Position numbers and translations under genes: made by a program. From Staphylothermus marinus F1 (GTDB lineage: Archaea > Thermoproteota > Thermoprotei_A > Sulfolobales > Desulfurococcaceae), in the NCBI RefSeq assembly GCF_000015945.1, contig NC_009033.1:690001-722000 (forward strand): a DNA stretch of 32,000 nucleotides, in the 5' to 3' direction. The notes under the pieces are model-generated. The model made no database searches, was not told where the DNA came from, and was given only the letters and a program-made list of their open reading frames with translations. This document shows positions 17,626 to 25,548 of this stretch, in pieces; within the stretch, counting starts at the first letter, position 1; the number at the start of each line of letters is the position of its first letter.

Positions 17626-18786
17626 TTGGATCCGGTTAGAATAGCTAGAGAGTTGGTTAGGACTAGGAGTTTGTCTGGTATGGAGAGAGATATTGCTTAT
17701 TTAATAAAGGATCTTTTGAGTAGTAGTGGTGTTGATAACGTATTTATTGATAAGTATGGAAATATTATTGGGTATTTGAGAGGTGAAGGTAGGGGTATTC
17801 TCGTTTTTGAGGGTCACATGGATCATGTTCCTGAAGGAGATGCTAGGTATTGGAGCTATGATCCTTATGAGGCTGTAATTGTTGATGATAAATTATTTGG
17901 GCGTGGAAGTGTTGATATGAAATCTGCTATTGCAGCAATGATTTCTTCAATAAATAATATTAGGGGAAAAGATCTCCCAGACATATACTATGTCTTTGTA
18001 CCTTTCGAAGAAATATCTGAGGGAACATTGTTTAGGTTAGCATTAGAGGATACATTAAAGATTAGACCAGACCTAGTAGTTCTTGGTGAAGCAACTAAGC
18101 TGAATGTTCATAGAGGTCATAGGGGTAGGAGTGTTTGGAGAATAGTTTTAAAGGGTAGATCCTCGCATGCAGCAATGCCTGATGAAGCTGTGAACCCTAT
18201 ACATGCGCTATCATCGTTCATTATTGAGCTAGGTAAGAAACAATTACCTAGACATGAAGTACTGGGTAAAAGCACTCTTACTCCAACAATAATAGATTGC
18301 AACCCTAAATCAACACCATTAATACCTGATACATGTGAGGTATACATAGATTATAGAATGATTATCGGGGAAAAAGAGGAATTGATCAAGAAGAACATTG
18401 TAGATGTATTGGAGAAGCTGAGAAACAATAAGCTACTAATCGACTACATTGTTAACATAAATAAGGGTGTTGCCAAGATGTGGACAGGAGTTTCGATAAC
18501 GTATAGAGATTATTATCCCGCATGGCTCAACAATGATGAGAAAACATTAATGAGTACATTGAGAATTATTAGAAAACATAATCCCAAAGCATCTATTAGT
18601 ATTTGGAGATTCAGCACCGATGGAGTCTACTCAGCTGGACAAGCAGGCATCAACACCATAGGCATTGGTCCAGGAGATGAAATACTAGCACATAAACCAA
18701 ATGAGCATGTTTCTATAAAGGAAATTATACAAGCATCAAAGATCTATAGCGACATAGTTTTAGAGTTTAGAAGTATAGTCCGATGA
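17626..18786 (+). CDS. M20 family metallopeptidase/deacylase (ArgE/DapE/LysK-like)
   Basis: 386-aa ORF with a TTG start. The motifs FEGHMDHVP, GRGSVDMKS and GEATK are metal ligands and catalytic residues of the M20 family. Confidence 0.8.
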   Translation: MDPVRIARELVRTRSLSGMERDIAYLIKDLLSSSGVDNVFIDKYGNIIGYLRGEGRGILVFEGHMDHVPEGDARYWSYDPYEAVIVDDKLFGRGSVDMKSAIAAMISSINNIRGKDLPDIYYVFVPFEEISEGTLFRLALEDTLKIRPDLVVLGEATKLNVHRGHRGRSVWRIVLKGRSSHAAMPDEAVNPIHALSSFIIELGKKQLPRHEVLGKSTLTPTIIDCNPKSTPLIPDTCEVYIDYRMIIGEKEELIKKNIVDVLEKLRNNKLLIDYIVNINKGVAKMWTGVSITYRDYYPAWLNNDEKTLMSTLRIIRKHNPKASISIWRFSTDGVYSAGQAGINTIGIGPGDEILAHKPNEHVSIKEIIQASKIYSDIVLEFRSIVR

Positions 18787-19630
18787 ATATTCCTGTTGAA
18801 GTTATTATTGTTCCTAGGTATGTTTTTGGTGATGGTTTTTCTCCTGCTATGTATTTGGCTAGTATTCTTCCTAGGACTGGTGTTAGGCTTGTGGCTAGTA
18901 CTGTTGCTGAGACTCCTATTGTGTTGATTGCTGTTAGGAAAAGCGTCATTCCGATGCCGAATCCTATTCCTCCGGTGATAAATGCTGTTATTTGAACTTC
19001 TTTGTCGAGAAATACTTTTTTTACAGAATTATATGTTATTGGGAGGAGTGATATTGTTGTAGATAAGTTTCTTAGTAGAGCAATTGTTACTGGATCACCA
19101 TAGTTTAATGCGAGCTTGCTGAGAGTAGCACCCATACCCCAAGATAACGCTGCTCCAAGAGCTGCTAGGAAACCTATGATTTTTATATCGTTTCTCTGCC
19201 CACTATATACGAGGTAGACTCCTATAATGGCAATAAATGATCCTAGAATCAACTGTATCCTTAATTGTTCACCATATAGTAAATAAGAGTAGAGCTGTGC
19301 AAAGAAAATGTAAGTATAAGATATTGATACAGCGTTTCCCCCACCAATATGTTTAATGCTGTGAATATATAGTGTATCGCCTAGTAAGGGACCGAAGAAA
19401 GCACTTATATAAACTATGAGAATTCCTTCAGGAACAAACCATCTATCATTAATTGTTAGGAGAAAAATAAAGAATAAAACAAATACTGCATGAAGACTCC
19501 TCAACATATTCAATGTTATAGCATCTACTCCCTTACCATATCTACTTATCAATCCTGGAGATAAGCTCCATATAGAACTAGCTGTTAAAGCAGATAAAAC
19601 ACCAATTACTTCCATCTGCATAACCATCAC
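18767..19630 (-). CDS. EamA/DMT superfamily transporter
   Basis: 287-aa ORF with 10 hydrophobic segments in two EamA-like halves. Its 3' end overlaps the M20 gene convergently by 20 nt. Confidence 0.75.
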   Translation of the reverse strand: MMVMQMEVIGVLSALTASSIWSLSPGLISRYGKGVDAITLNMLRSLHAVFVLFFIFLLTINDRWFVPEGILIVYISAFFGPLLGDTLYIHSIKHIGGGNAVSISYTYIFFAQLYSYLLYGEQLRIQLILGSFIAIIGVYLVYSGQRNDIKIIGFLAALGAALSWGMGATLSKLALNYGDPVTIALLRNLSTTISLLPITYNSVKKVFLDKEVQITAFITGGIGFGIGMTLFLTAINTIGVSATVLATSLTPVLGRILAKYIAGEKPSPKTYLGTIITSTGIFIGLYF

Positions 19631-19631
19631 A

Positions 19632-20282
19632 TCAACATCTTCGATACAAGATTATTTTTGGATTATCTGAGATTACTGCATCAACACTTAGGTTCTCAAG
19701 TTTACATGCTGTAGCTGTGTCGTTAACTGTCCAAGCATAAACAATATAGTTATTACTATGCAGTGTATCTATAAGCCAATCCTCTATAAAAGCATAGTTT
19801 ATTGAGACTCCATCAGCGAGGGAATCACTTATTATATCAATAATGCTTATTGGTAAGGAATCAATGCTTACTAGTGCTTTATAATTTGTAGTTTCCTTCA
19901 CGTATCTAATGGCGAAATGGTCTTTGGAGGTGAAAATAATGCTGCGCGGAAGATTATTTAATTCTAAAATCCTAACTATGGTATTGATATCTTTTACGTC
20001 TAGAATCAGTTCTAAACCTCTCTTCCGTATAATTCCAAAAATATCTTCCAGCGATATGCTAAGTGATCTAATATATGGATCTCTATAGAAGAAACGGTAA
20101 TCAATCCAGCCCATAATCTTACCTAGCAAACTAGGCCTCACTATCGGGCTAGGACCATGCATAATCATTACTCTATTATTTTTAACTGAAACATCCACTT
20201 CTAAGCCATCAATATTCTTAAGTGTCAAATACTTTTTCAATACTAGCTTATTATTAGCTCTATGGCCGTAAATCTTCATCAA
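19632..20282 (-). CDS. Divergent glycerophosphodiester phosphodiesterase-like (GDPD fold) protein
   Basis: 216-aa ORF with IYGHRANNK, GLEVDV and YAWTVND, which align to GDPD motifs. The PEN(T/S) metal motif is absent and the FHD motif reads MHG. Confidence 0.55.
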   Translation of the reverse strand: MMKIYGHRANNKLVLKKYLTLKNIDGLEVDVSVKNNRVMIMHGPSPIVRPSLLGKIMGWIDYRFFYRDPYIRSLSISLEDIFGIIRKRGLELILDVKDINTIVRILELNNLPRSIIFTSKDHFAIRYVKETTNYKALVSIDSLPISIIDIISDSLADGVSINYAFIEDWLIDTLHSNNYIVYAWTVNDTATACKLENLSVDAVISDNPKIILYRRC

Positions 20283-20412
20283 TATCTCCCAAACAAATAT
20301 TCTCTCTTAAAGCGTCTTCGTAGACGCTACTGTGTTTTATCACTAGGTTTAAACCTCATTATTCCAATATTAATTATGCTGTATAATATGGCATTGTTAG
20401 GGAAACCTAACG

Positions 20413-20823
20413 GTGAAGCCTATGATCGGGTTGGAGAAAATAATAGAATATATATTATCGGAAACAGGATGCATACACCCATTCAAACTAAGCAGGATAA
20501 TAGCGTTGGCAGAACTAGAATACTATGAAGAATACGGTGAGAGACTAACAAATGCTGAATACAAGGGTTTCGACAAGGTATTCTATATAGAAGGAGTTAA
20601 GGAGTTATTTGAAAACAATAAATGCTTTAATAGACGAGAAGGAGATCCGGAAAAAGGTATTAAAGGATGCGTCGAATACACCTGTCAAAAACCAGTTATT
20701 CCAGAAAAGTATAGGCAGTTCATTGATAAAGCAATAGCGCAGGCAAAGAATCTTAGAGATGAAGAACTTAATGAACTAGTATTTAGAAACTCATTATTCA
20801 ATAAATTCTTACAATCAATGTAA
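20413..20823 (+). CDS. Hypothetical protein with 4 Cys residues, immediately upstream of the MinD-like genes (weak resemblance to the Panacea/DUF4065 antitoxin-type domain)
   Basis: 136-aa ORF, with a likely start at ATG 20422. The KLSRIIALAELEYYEEYGERLTNAEYKGF segment loosely resembles the KLxKLLY...G-x-plt-x-x-Y core of DUF4065. This is pattern memory only, with no alignment run. Confidence 0.4.
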   Translation: MKPMIGLEKIIEYILSETGCIHPFKLSRIIALAELEYYEEYGERLTNAEYKGFDKVFYIEGVKELFENNKCFNRREGDPEKGIKGCVEYTCQKPVIPEKYRQFIDKAIAQAKNLRDEELNELVFRNSLFNKFLQSM

Positions 20824-20861
20824 GTCTTGAACGACAATCACATGCGAATGGTGGAAGAGAT

Positions 20862-21748
20862 ATGCGAAAACAAATAACTGTTACTGGGGGTAAGGGGGGA
20901 CAGGTAAGAGCTTTGTAGCAACTAATTTAGCAGTCTTATTATCAGATAGATACCCCACTGTACTAGCCGATCTCGATCTAGAGGCCCCAAATGATCATAT
21001 ACTACTTGGAGTAGAGAAACTAGAGAACGAAGAACCTATCAAGGCATTCCTACCCTTCATAGATACGAAGAAATGTACAAGATGCGGTGTATGCGCGAAA
21101 ATATGTGATACTGGAGCAATACTTATGCCACCAAATAGTCTCCCAGTAATATTTCCTAGATTATGTGGTGGATGCAAAGCATGCTACTATGCATGTCCCT
21201 ACAATGCTATATTGAAGGGATACCATGTACTAGGCTATAGCTATGTGACAAAAGTCACCATAGATAATCATAGTTTCATACTTGTCACCGGCATATTGAG
21301 GGAAGGAGAAGAACATACCCCGCCAGCAGTGGTTGCTACTAAGAATAGAGCTAAAAAGATTGATCATGAATTAATGATTGTAGATACTGGGGCGGGAACA
21401 GGTAACCAGATATCAATAGCGCTTCAAGGATCAGATCTAGTCATAGCTGTAACTGAAGCAACCCCGCTGGGACTACATGATCTCGAATCAATATTGAAGG
21501 TTACAAGCGATATGGACTTAGAAACAATAGTTGTAATCAACAGGTATGGTTTAGGCAGAATCGACAAACACGTGGAGACTATGAAGAAATATAGTGTGAG
21601 AACGTATTTTAAAATACCATACCATGTCGATGCTGTTGAATCATATATTAAAGGAAAACCAATTGTTATATACAAGCCTGACTCAATTGTTTCTAAGAGC
21701 ATTCATCAAATACATGAATACATTGTTAAGGAGTTGCTTGGGAAATGA
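20862..21748 (+). pseudogene. MinD/ParA-superfamily P-loop ATPase with an inserted 2x[4Fe-4S] ferredoxin domain (COG1149-like), frameshifted inside the Walker A codons
   Basis: From ATG 20862 the frame reads MRKQITVTGGKGGQVRAL and then a stop. The +2 frame opens at 20894 as GGTGKSFVATNLAVLLSDRYPTVLADLDLEAPNDH...CTRCGVCAKICDTGAI and runs into the 207-aa ORF (CGGCKACYYACPYNAI, DTGAGTG). One extra G in the G6 run at 20894-20899 would restore GKGGTGKS. Confidence 0.75.
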
Positions 21749-22734
21749 GTAGTGGAGGACTCGAAATAGTTGTGGCAAGTGGTAAGGGAGGAGTTGGAAA
21801 ATCAACAATAACATCTTCATTAGCACTAGTCTTAGCTGAGAAAAAACTTGATTTCATAGCCGTAGACGCTGATGCTGAAGCTCCAAACCTAAACATTGTT
21901 CTAGGAATAACTAATTGGGACGAGATAGAACCATATTATGAAGGCAGATACGCTGAGATCGTACAGGAGAAATGCATTAATTGTGGAGAATGTATGAATG
22001 CATGTCCATTTAACGCTGTTGAGCTTATCAATAATAAATATGTTATTAACAAATGGATATGTGAAGGCTGCTATACATGCAGCTTTGTATGCCCTACAAA
22101 AGCTATAAGAATAATCAGGGATATTGTAGCTGGCTATGTTAGAATAAAATATAGAACACCCTACGGATTCCCCCTCGTATCAGGCGAACTAGTGCCTGGT
22201 AGGCCTAACTCGGGTAAACTAGTGACCGAGGTAAAGAATAGAGCAAGGAAGATTGGTGGAAAAGATGCTATTCTACTAGTAGATGCTGCTGCAGGTATTG
22301 GTTGCCAAGTAATATCTAGTCTTGCCGGAGCACATATGGCGATCCTTGTAGCAGAGCCTACACCAGCTAGTCTAAGCGATCTCAAGAGAATACATAAATT
22401 AACAAAACACTTCATGATACCCTCCGCACTAATAATTAACAAATACGATATGAATCCAGAGTATTACGGGATCATTAAGGATTATGCTTTAAAAGAAAAC
22501 ATTGATTACCTAGGAGAAATACCCTTCGATGATCACATTGCTGAATCAATTGCAAACATGGAGCCACTACTAATAAAATATCCTGATTCACCAGCTGCAA
22601 CAGCTATAAGAAAGATAAGTTTGAAAATTATAGATATACTTGAGAACTATAGGGAATGGAGAATAAAGCATCTACCTCCAAAAATGGAGCCATTCATACC
22701 CATAGTTATAAAACCTAGAGAAACACATACATAG
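21745..22734 (+). CDS. MinD/ParA-superfamily P-loop ATPase with an inserted 2x[4Fe-4S] ferredoxin domain (COG1149-like), intact paralog
   Basis: 329-aa ORF. Walker A is ASGKGGVGKST and the ferredoxin motifs are CINCGECMNACP and CEGCYTCSFVCP. It also has DAAAGIG. Its ATGA overlap with the upstream paralog suggests translational coupling. Confidence 0.85.
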   Translation: MSSGGLEIVVASGKGGVGKSTITSSLALVLAEKKLDFIAVDADAEAPNLNIVLGITNWDEIEPYYEGRYAEIVQEKCINCGECMNACPFNAVELINNKYVINKWICEGCYTCSFVCPTKAIRIIRDIVAGYVRIKYRTPYGFPLVSGELVPGRPNSGKLVTEVKNRARKIGGKDAILLVDAAAGIGCQVISSLAGAHMAILVAEPTPASLSDLKRIHKLTKHFMIPSALIINKYDMNPEYYGIIKDYALKENIDYLGEIPFDDHIAESIANMEPLLIKYPDSPAATAIRKISLKIIDILENYREWRIKHLPPKMEPFIPIVIKPRETHT

Positions 22735-22742
22735 ATGAAAAG

Positions 22743-23081
22743 GTGGTCAACATGGTTAGAATAGCGTTTCCAACAGATAAGGGTGGATTAGATGATTACA
22801 TATATGATAGGTTCGGTAGAGCACCAACATTTACAATTATAGAAGTAGAAGATGGTGAAATTAAGAATGTTAAAATAATTGAAAACCTAGGACATCGAGC
22901 AGTTAGTGGTGCGGGAATAAAAGCTGTTCAGAAACTTATTGAGGAAAAAATAGATGTTGTTGCAGGACCCAATCCAGGCCCCAATGCATATATGGCTTTA
23001 CAACAAGCAAATATCAAGGTTATATCAATGCTTGGATTAAAAGTTAAGGATGCTATCGAACACGTGATTAAACAACTTTAA
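22743..23081 (+). CDS. NifX/NifB-C-terminal-like (dinitrogenase FeMo-cofactor-binding fold, COG1433) small protein
   Basis: 112-aa ORF, with a probable start at ATG 22752. RIAFPTDKGGLDDYIYDRFGRAPTFTIIEV...GAGIKAVQKLIEEKIDVVA matches the NifX/NafY-like domain pattern (hFG.a..f.i.d). Confidence 0.75.
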   Translation: MVNMVRIAFPTDKGGLDDYIYDRFGRAPTFTIIEVEDGEIKNVKIIENLGHRAVSGAGIKAVQKLIEEKIDVVAGPNPGPNAYMALQQANIKVISMLGLKVKDAIEHVIKQL

Positions 23082-23204
23082 AGAAACCTGTATCGACGCA
23101 AATATTTTTCGTAAGCATATAATTCTTAATATATACTTTATTTTTATAACTGAACAAGCCAATATAATTTCTCGAATAAATACATATTCAAGGTTGAATA
23201 AGCT

Positions 23205-24587
23205 TTGCCTGAATCATCCAAGATCAAAATAAGTATTATAGGTGCTGGTTCTGCTGTATGGTCTATTCCTGTATTAATAGATATAATGTTGAAGAAGAGC
23301 TTAGCTAATGCAGATGTGTATCTCATGGATATTGATCTTGACCGGTTAAAGCTTGTATATGGATTTGCTAAGAGATATGCTGAAGAAATACATTCAACAG
23401 TAAAATTTCACATGACCACTGATAGAGTAGAAGCGATTAGGGATGCTGATTTCGTAATAAATAGTGCTATGGCTATGGGTCATTCATACTATGAGAGAAT
23501 GAGGGAGATCAGTGAGAAACACGGATACTATAGGGGAATAAATAGTGTTGAATGGAACATGGTGAGCGATTATCATACTATTTGGGGATACTACCAGTTC
23601 AAACTCGCTATGAGTATTGCAAGGAATATAGAGGAGTATGCTCCAGACGCGTGGCTGTTAAATGTTGCTAATCCAGTATTTGAATTAACAACTCTAATTA
23701 GTAGAAAGACAAAAGTGAAAATGATCGGTTTATGTCATGGACATATGGGGTTCGAGAATGTTATACGAGAACTAAAACTTCCCAAAGATAAAGTAGAAGC
23801 TGAAATAATCGGTTTCAACCATGTGATTTGGCTAACAAAATTCAAAGTAGACGGTGAAGACGGCTATAAGTTCTTGGATAAATGGATAGTGACAGAAGCT
23901 GATAAGTACTGGAAGAAATGGAGAGAAACAACAGCTAACCCCTTCGACATAGACTTATCCCCCGCAGCCATAGACATGTATAAAAACTACGGCTTACTCC
24001 CAATAGGAGATACTGTTAGAGGAGGAACATGGAAATACCACTGGAACCTAGAAACAAAGAAGAAATGGTATGGACCATATGGAGGGCCGGATTCAGAAAT
24101 AGGTTGGGCAATGTATGTTGCTTTTCTGAAAATGAGACTATACGAAATCTACAAAGCTATAACCGATACATCAAGGCCTCTAACACTATTATTCCCGCCT
24201 AAACCCAGTGGTGAACAAGTTATTGAACTAATTGATTCCATGGTGACAGGTACACCTAGAACTTTTCAAGTCAATATATTAAATAATGGATCAATACCTG
24301 GTATACCAGATAATGTAGCTGTTGAAATGCCAGCTGTAATTGATGATAAAGGTGTTCATAGAAAAACATTCCCTCCATTACCATCGAAGATACAGAAATA
24401 TGTCATATATCCCAGAATGATGAGAATGGAATGGGCTCTCGAAGCCTTCCTAGAAGGTGGTAGAGATAAATTATTTGAGTGGCTAATCTATGATCCAAGA
24501 ACAAAATCTACTAGACAAGTAGAGGAAACAATAGATGATCTATTAAAAATGCCTGGAAACGAAGAAATGGCTAAACACTATTCATAA
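23205..24587 (+). CDS. Glycoside hydrolase family 4 (NAD+/Mn2+-dependent alpha-glucosidase/galactosidase-like)
   Basis: 460-aa ORF with a TTG start. It has the Rossmann motif KISIIGAGSAVWS, DADFVIN, LNVANPVFELT, GLCHG and GFNH, all typical of GH4. Confidence 0.85.
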   Translation: MPESSKIKISIIGAGSAVWSIPVLIDIMLKKSLANADVYLMDIDLDRLKLVYGFAKRYAEEIHSTVKFHMTTDRVEAIRDADFVINSAMAMGHSYYERMREISEKHGYYRGINSVEWNMVSDYHTIWGYYQFKLAMSIARNIEEYAPDAWLLNVANPVFELTTLISRKTKVKMIGLCHGHMGFENVIRELKLPKDKVEAEIIGFNHVIWLTKFKVDGEDGYKFLDKWIVTEADKYWKKWRETTANPFDIDLSPAAIDMYKNYGLLPIGDTVRGGTWKYHWNLETKKKWYGPYGGPDSEIGWAMYVAFLKMRLYEIYKAITDTSRPLTLLFPPKPSGEQVIELIDSMVTGTPRTFQVNILNNGSIPGIPDNVAVEMPAVIDDKGVHRKTFPPLPSKIQKYVIYPRMMRMEWALEAFLEGGRDKLFEWLIYDPRTKSTRQVEETIDDLLKMPGNEEMAKHYS

Positions 24588-24603
24588 AACATTAGGTGAT
24601 TTT

Positions 24604-25548
24604 TTGGGGCTGGAAATCTATACATTAGATGAGATAAGTTTAAGCAATAAAGAAGTATTGGAGATTCTAAACAAGATATTCGTTTATGACCATATAGATA
24701 TAGAGCTTTATAGGAGAACTATAGAATTAGATCCTAATCATTCAAATAATGAATTCTTCTTCTTCACTGAAAACAATGAAGTTATCGGAGTAGCTTACCT
24801 AGTATATTTAAAAGAAAAAACCAAATCTATCCTAGGCGGATTAAACAAGTATACTGATCATATATGGTTAAAATTGTTAGGTGTTGTTCCAGGAAAGGAA
24901 GAACTCCTAGAAAATATAATAGATTACATCGAAGATTATGCTGGAAGAAACAATAAAAAAATAATACACATATATGGGTATGCACCATTCTACTTTGCTC
25001 CAGGAATAGATCGTAGATACGAGATAATAAATAGGAAACTATTTGAGAAAGGCTATGAGTTGGAGAGCAAGGTTGTAAACTATTATGTTGACATGGATGA
25101 ATACTATGTTCCATTAGAAGCATTATGGCTACAAGAAAGAATTAGTAGGGAAGGATATGTTGTTAGGGAAACAGGGATTGATGAATATGATAGAGTGACT
25201 ACATGGATAAAAGAAAAATTCGGGATTATCTGGGGACTAGAATCGTTAATCACTAAAAACTATGAGTGCTCAGGGATCATTATAGTTGAGAATAAAGAGG
25301 AGGAAATAATAGGTTTTAATACTTATGGGGCATCTGCGCCTTACAGATATGGTCCTGTGGGTGTTTGGGAAAAGTATAGGGGTAGAGGGTTTGGAAAAAT
25401 ACTTCTCCACTATACACTAAATAAGATGAAGAAGCTTGGACTGCGCATAGTTGAGATTCCATGGACTACTCATTTATTCTACTATGCAGGAGTGCCTGGA
25501 CTATATAGGATTAGGTTGTTTAATATATATGTTAAAAAAATTAATTAA
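24604..25548 (+). CDS. GNAT-family N-acetyltransferase domain protein
   Basis: 314-aa ORF with a TTG start. The C-terminal half has the acetyl-CoA motif VGVWEKYRGRGFGKILLHYTLNKMKKLG (R-x-x-G-x-G). The N-terminal half is possibly a second degenerate GNAT-like domain. Confidence 0.7.
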   Translation: MGLEIYTLDEISLSNKEVLEILNKIFVYDHIDIELYRRTIELDPNHSNNEFFFFTENNEVIGVAYLVYLKEKTKSILGGLNKYTDHIWLKLLGVVPGKEELLENIIDYIEDYAGRNNKKIIHIYGYAPFYFAPGIDRRYEIINRKLFEKGYELESKVVNYYVDMDEYYVPLEALWLQERISREGYVVRETGIDEYDRVTTWIKEKFGIIWGLESLITKNYECSGIIIVENKEEEIIGFNTYGASAPYRYGPVGVWEKYRGRGFGKILLHYTLNKMKKLGLRIVEIPWTTHLFYYAGVPGLYRIRLFNIYVKKIN

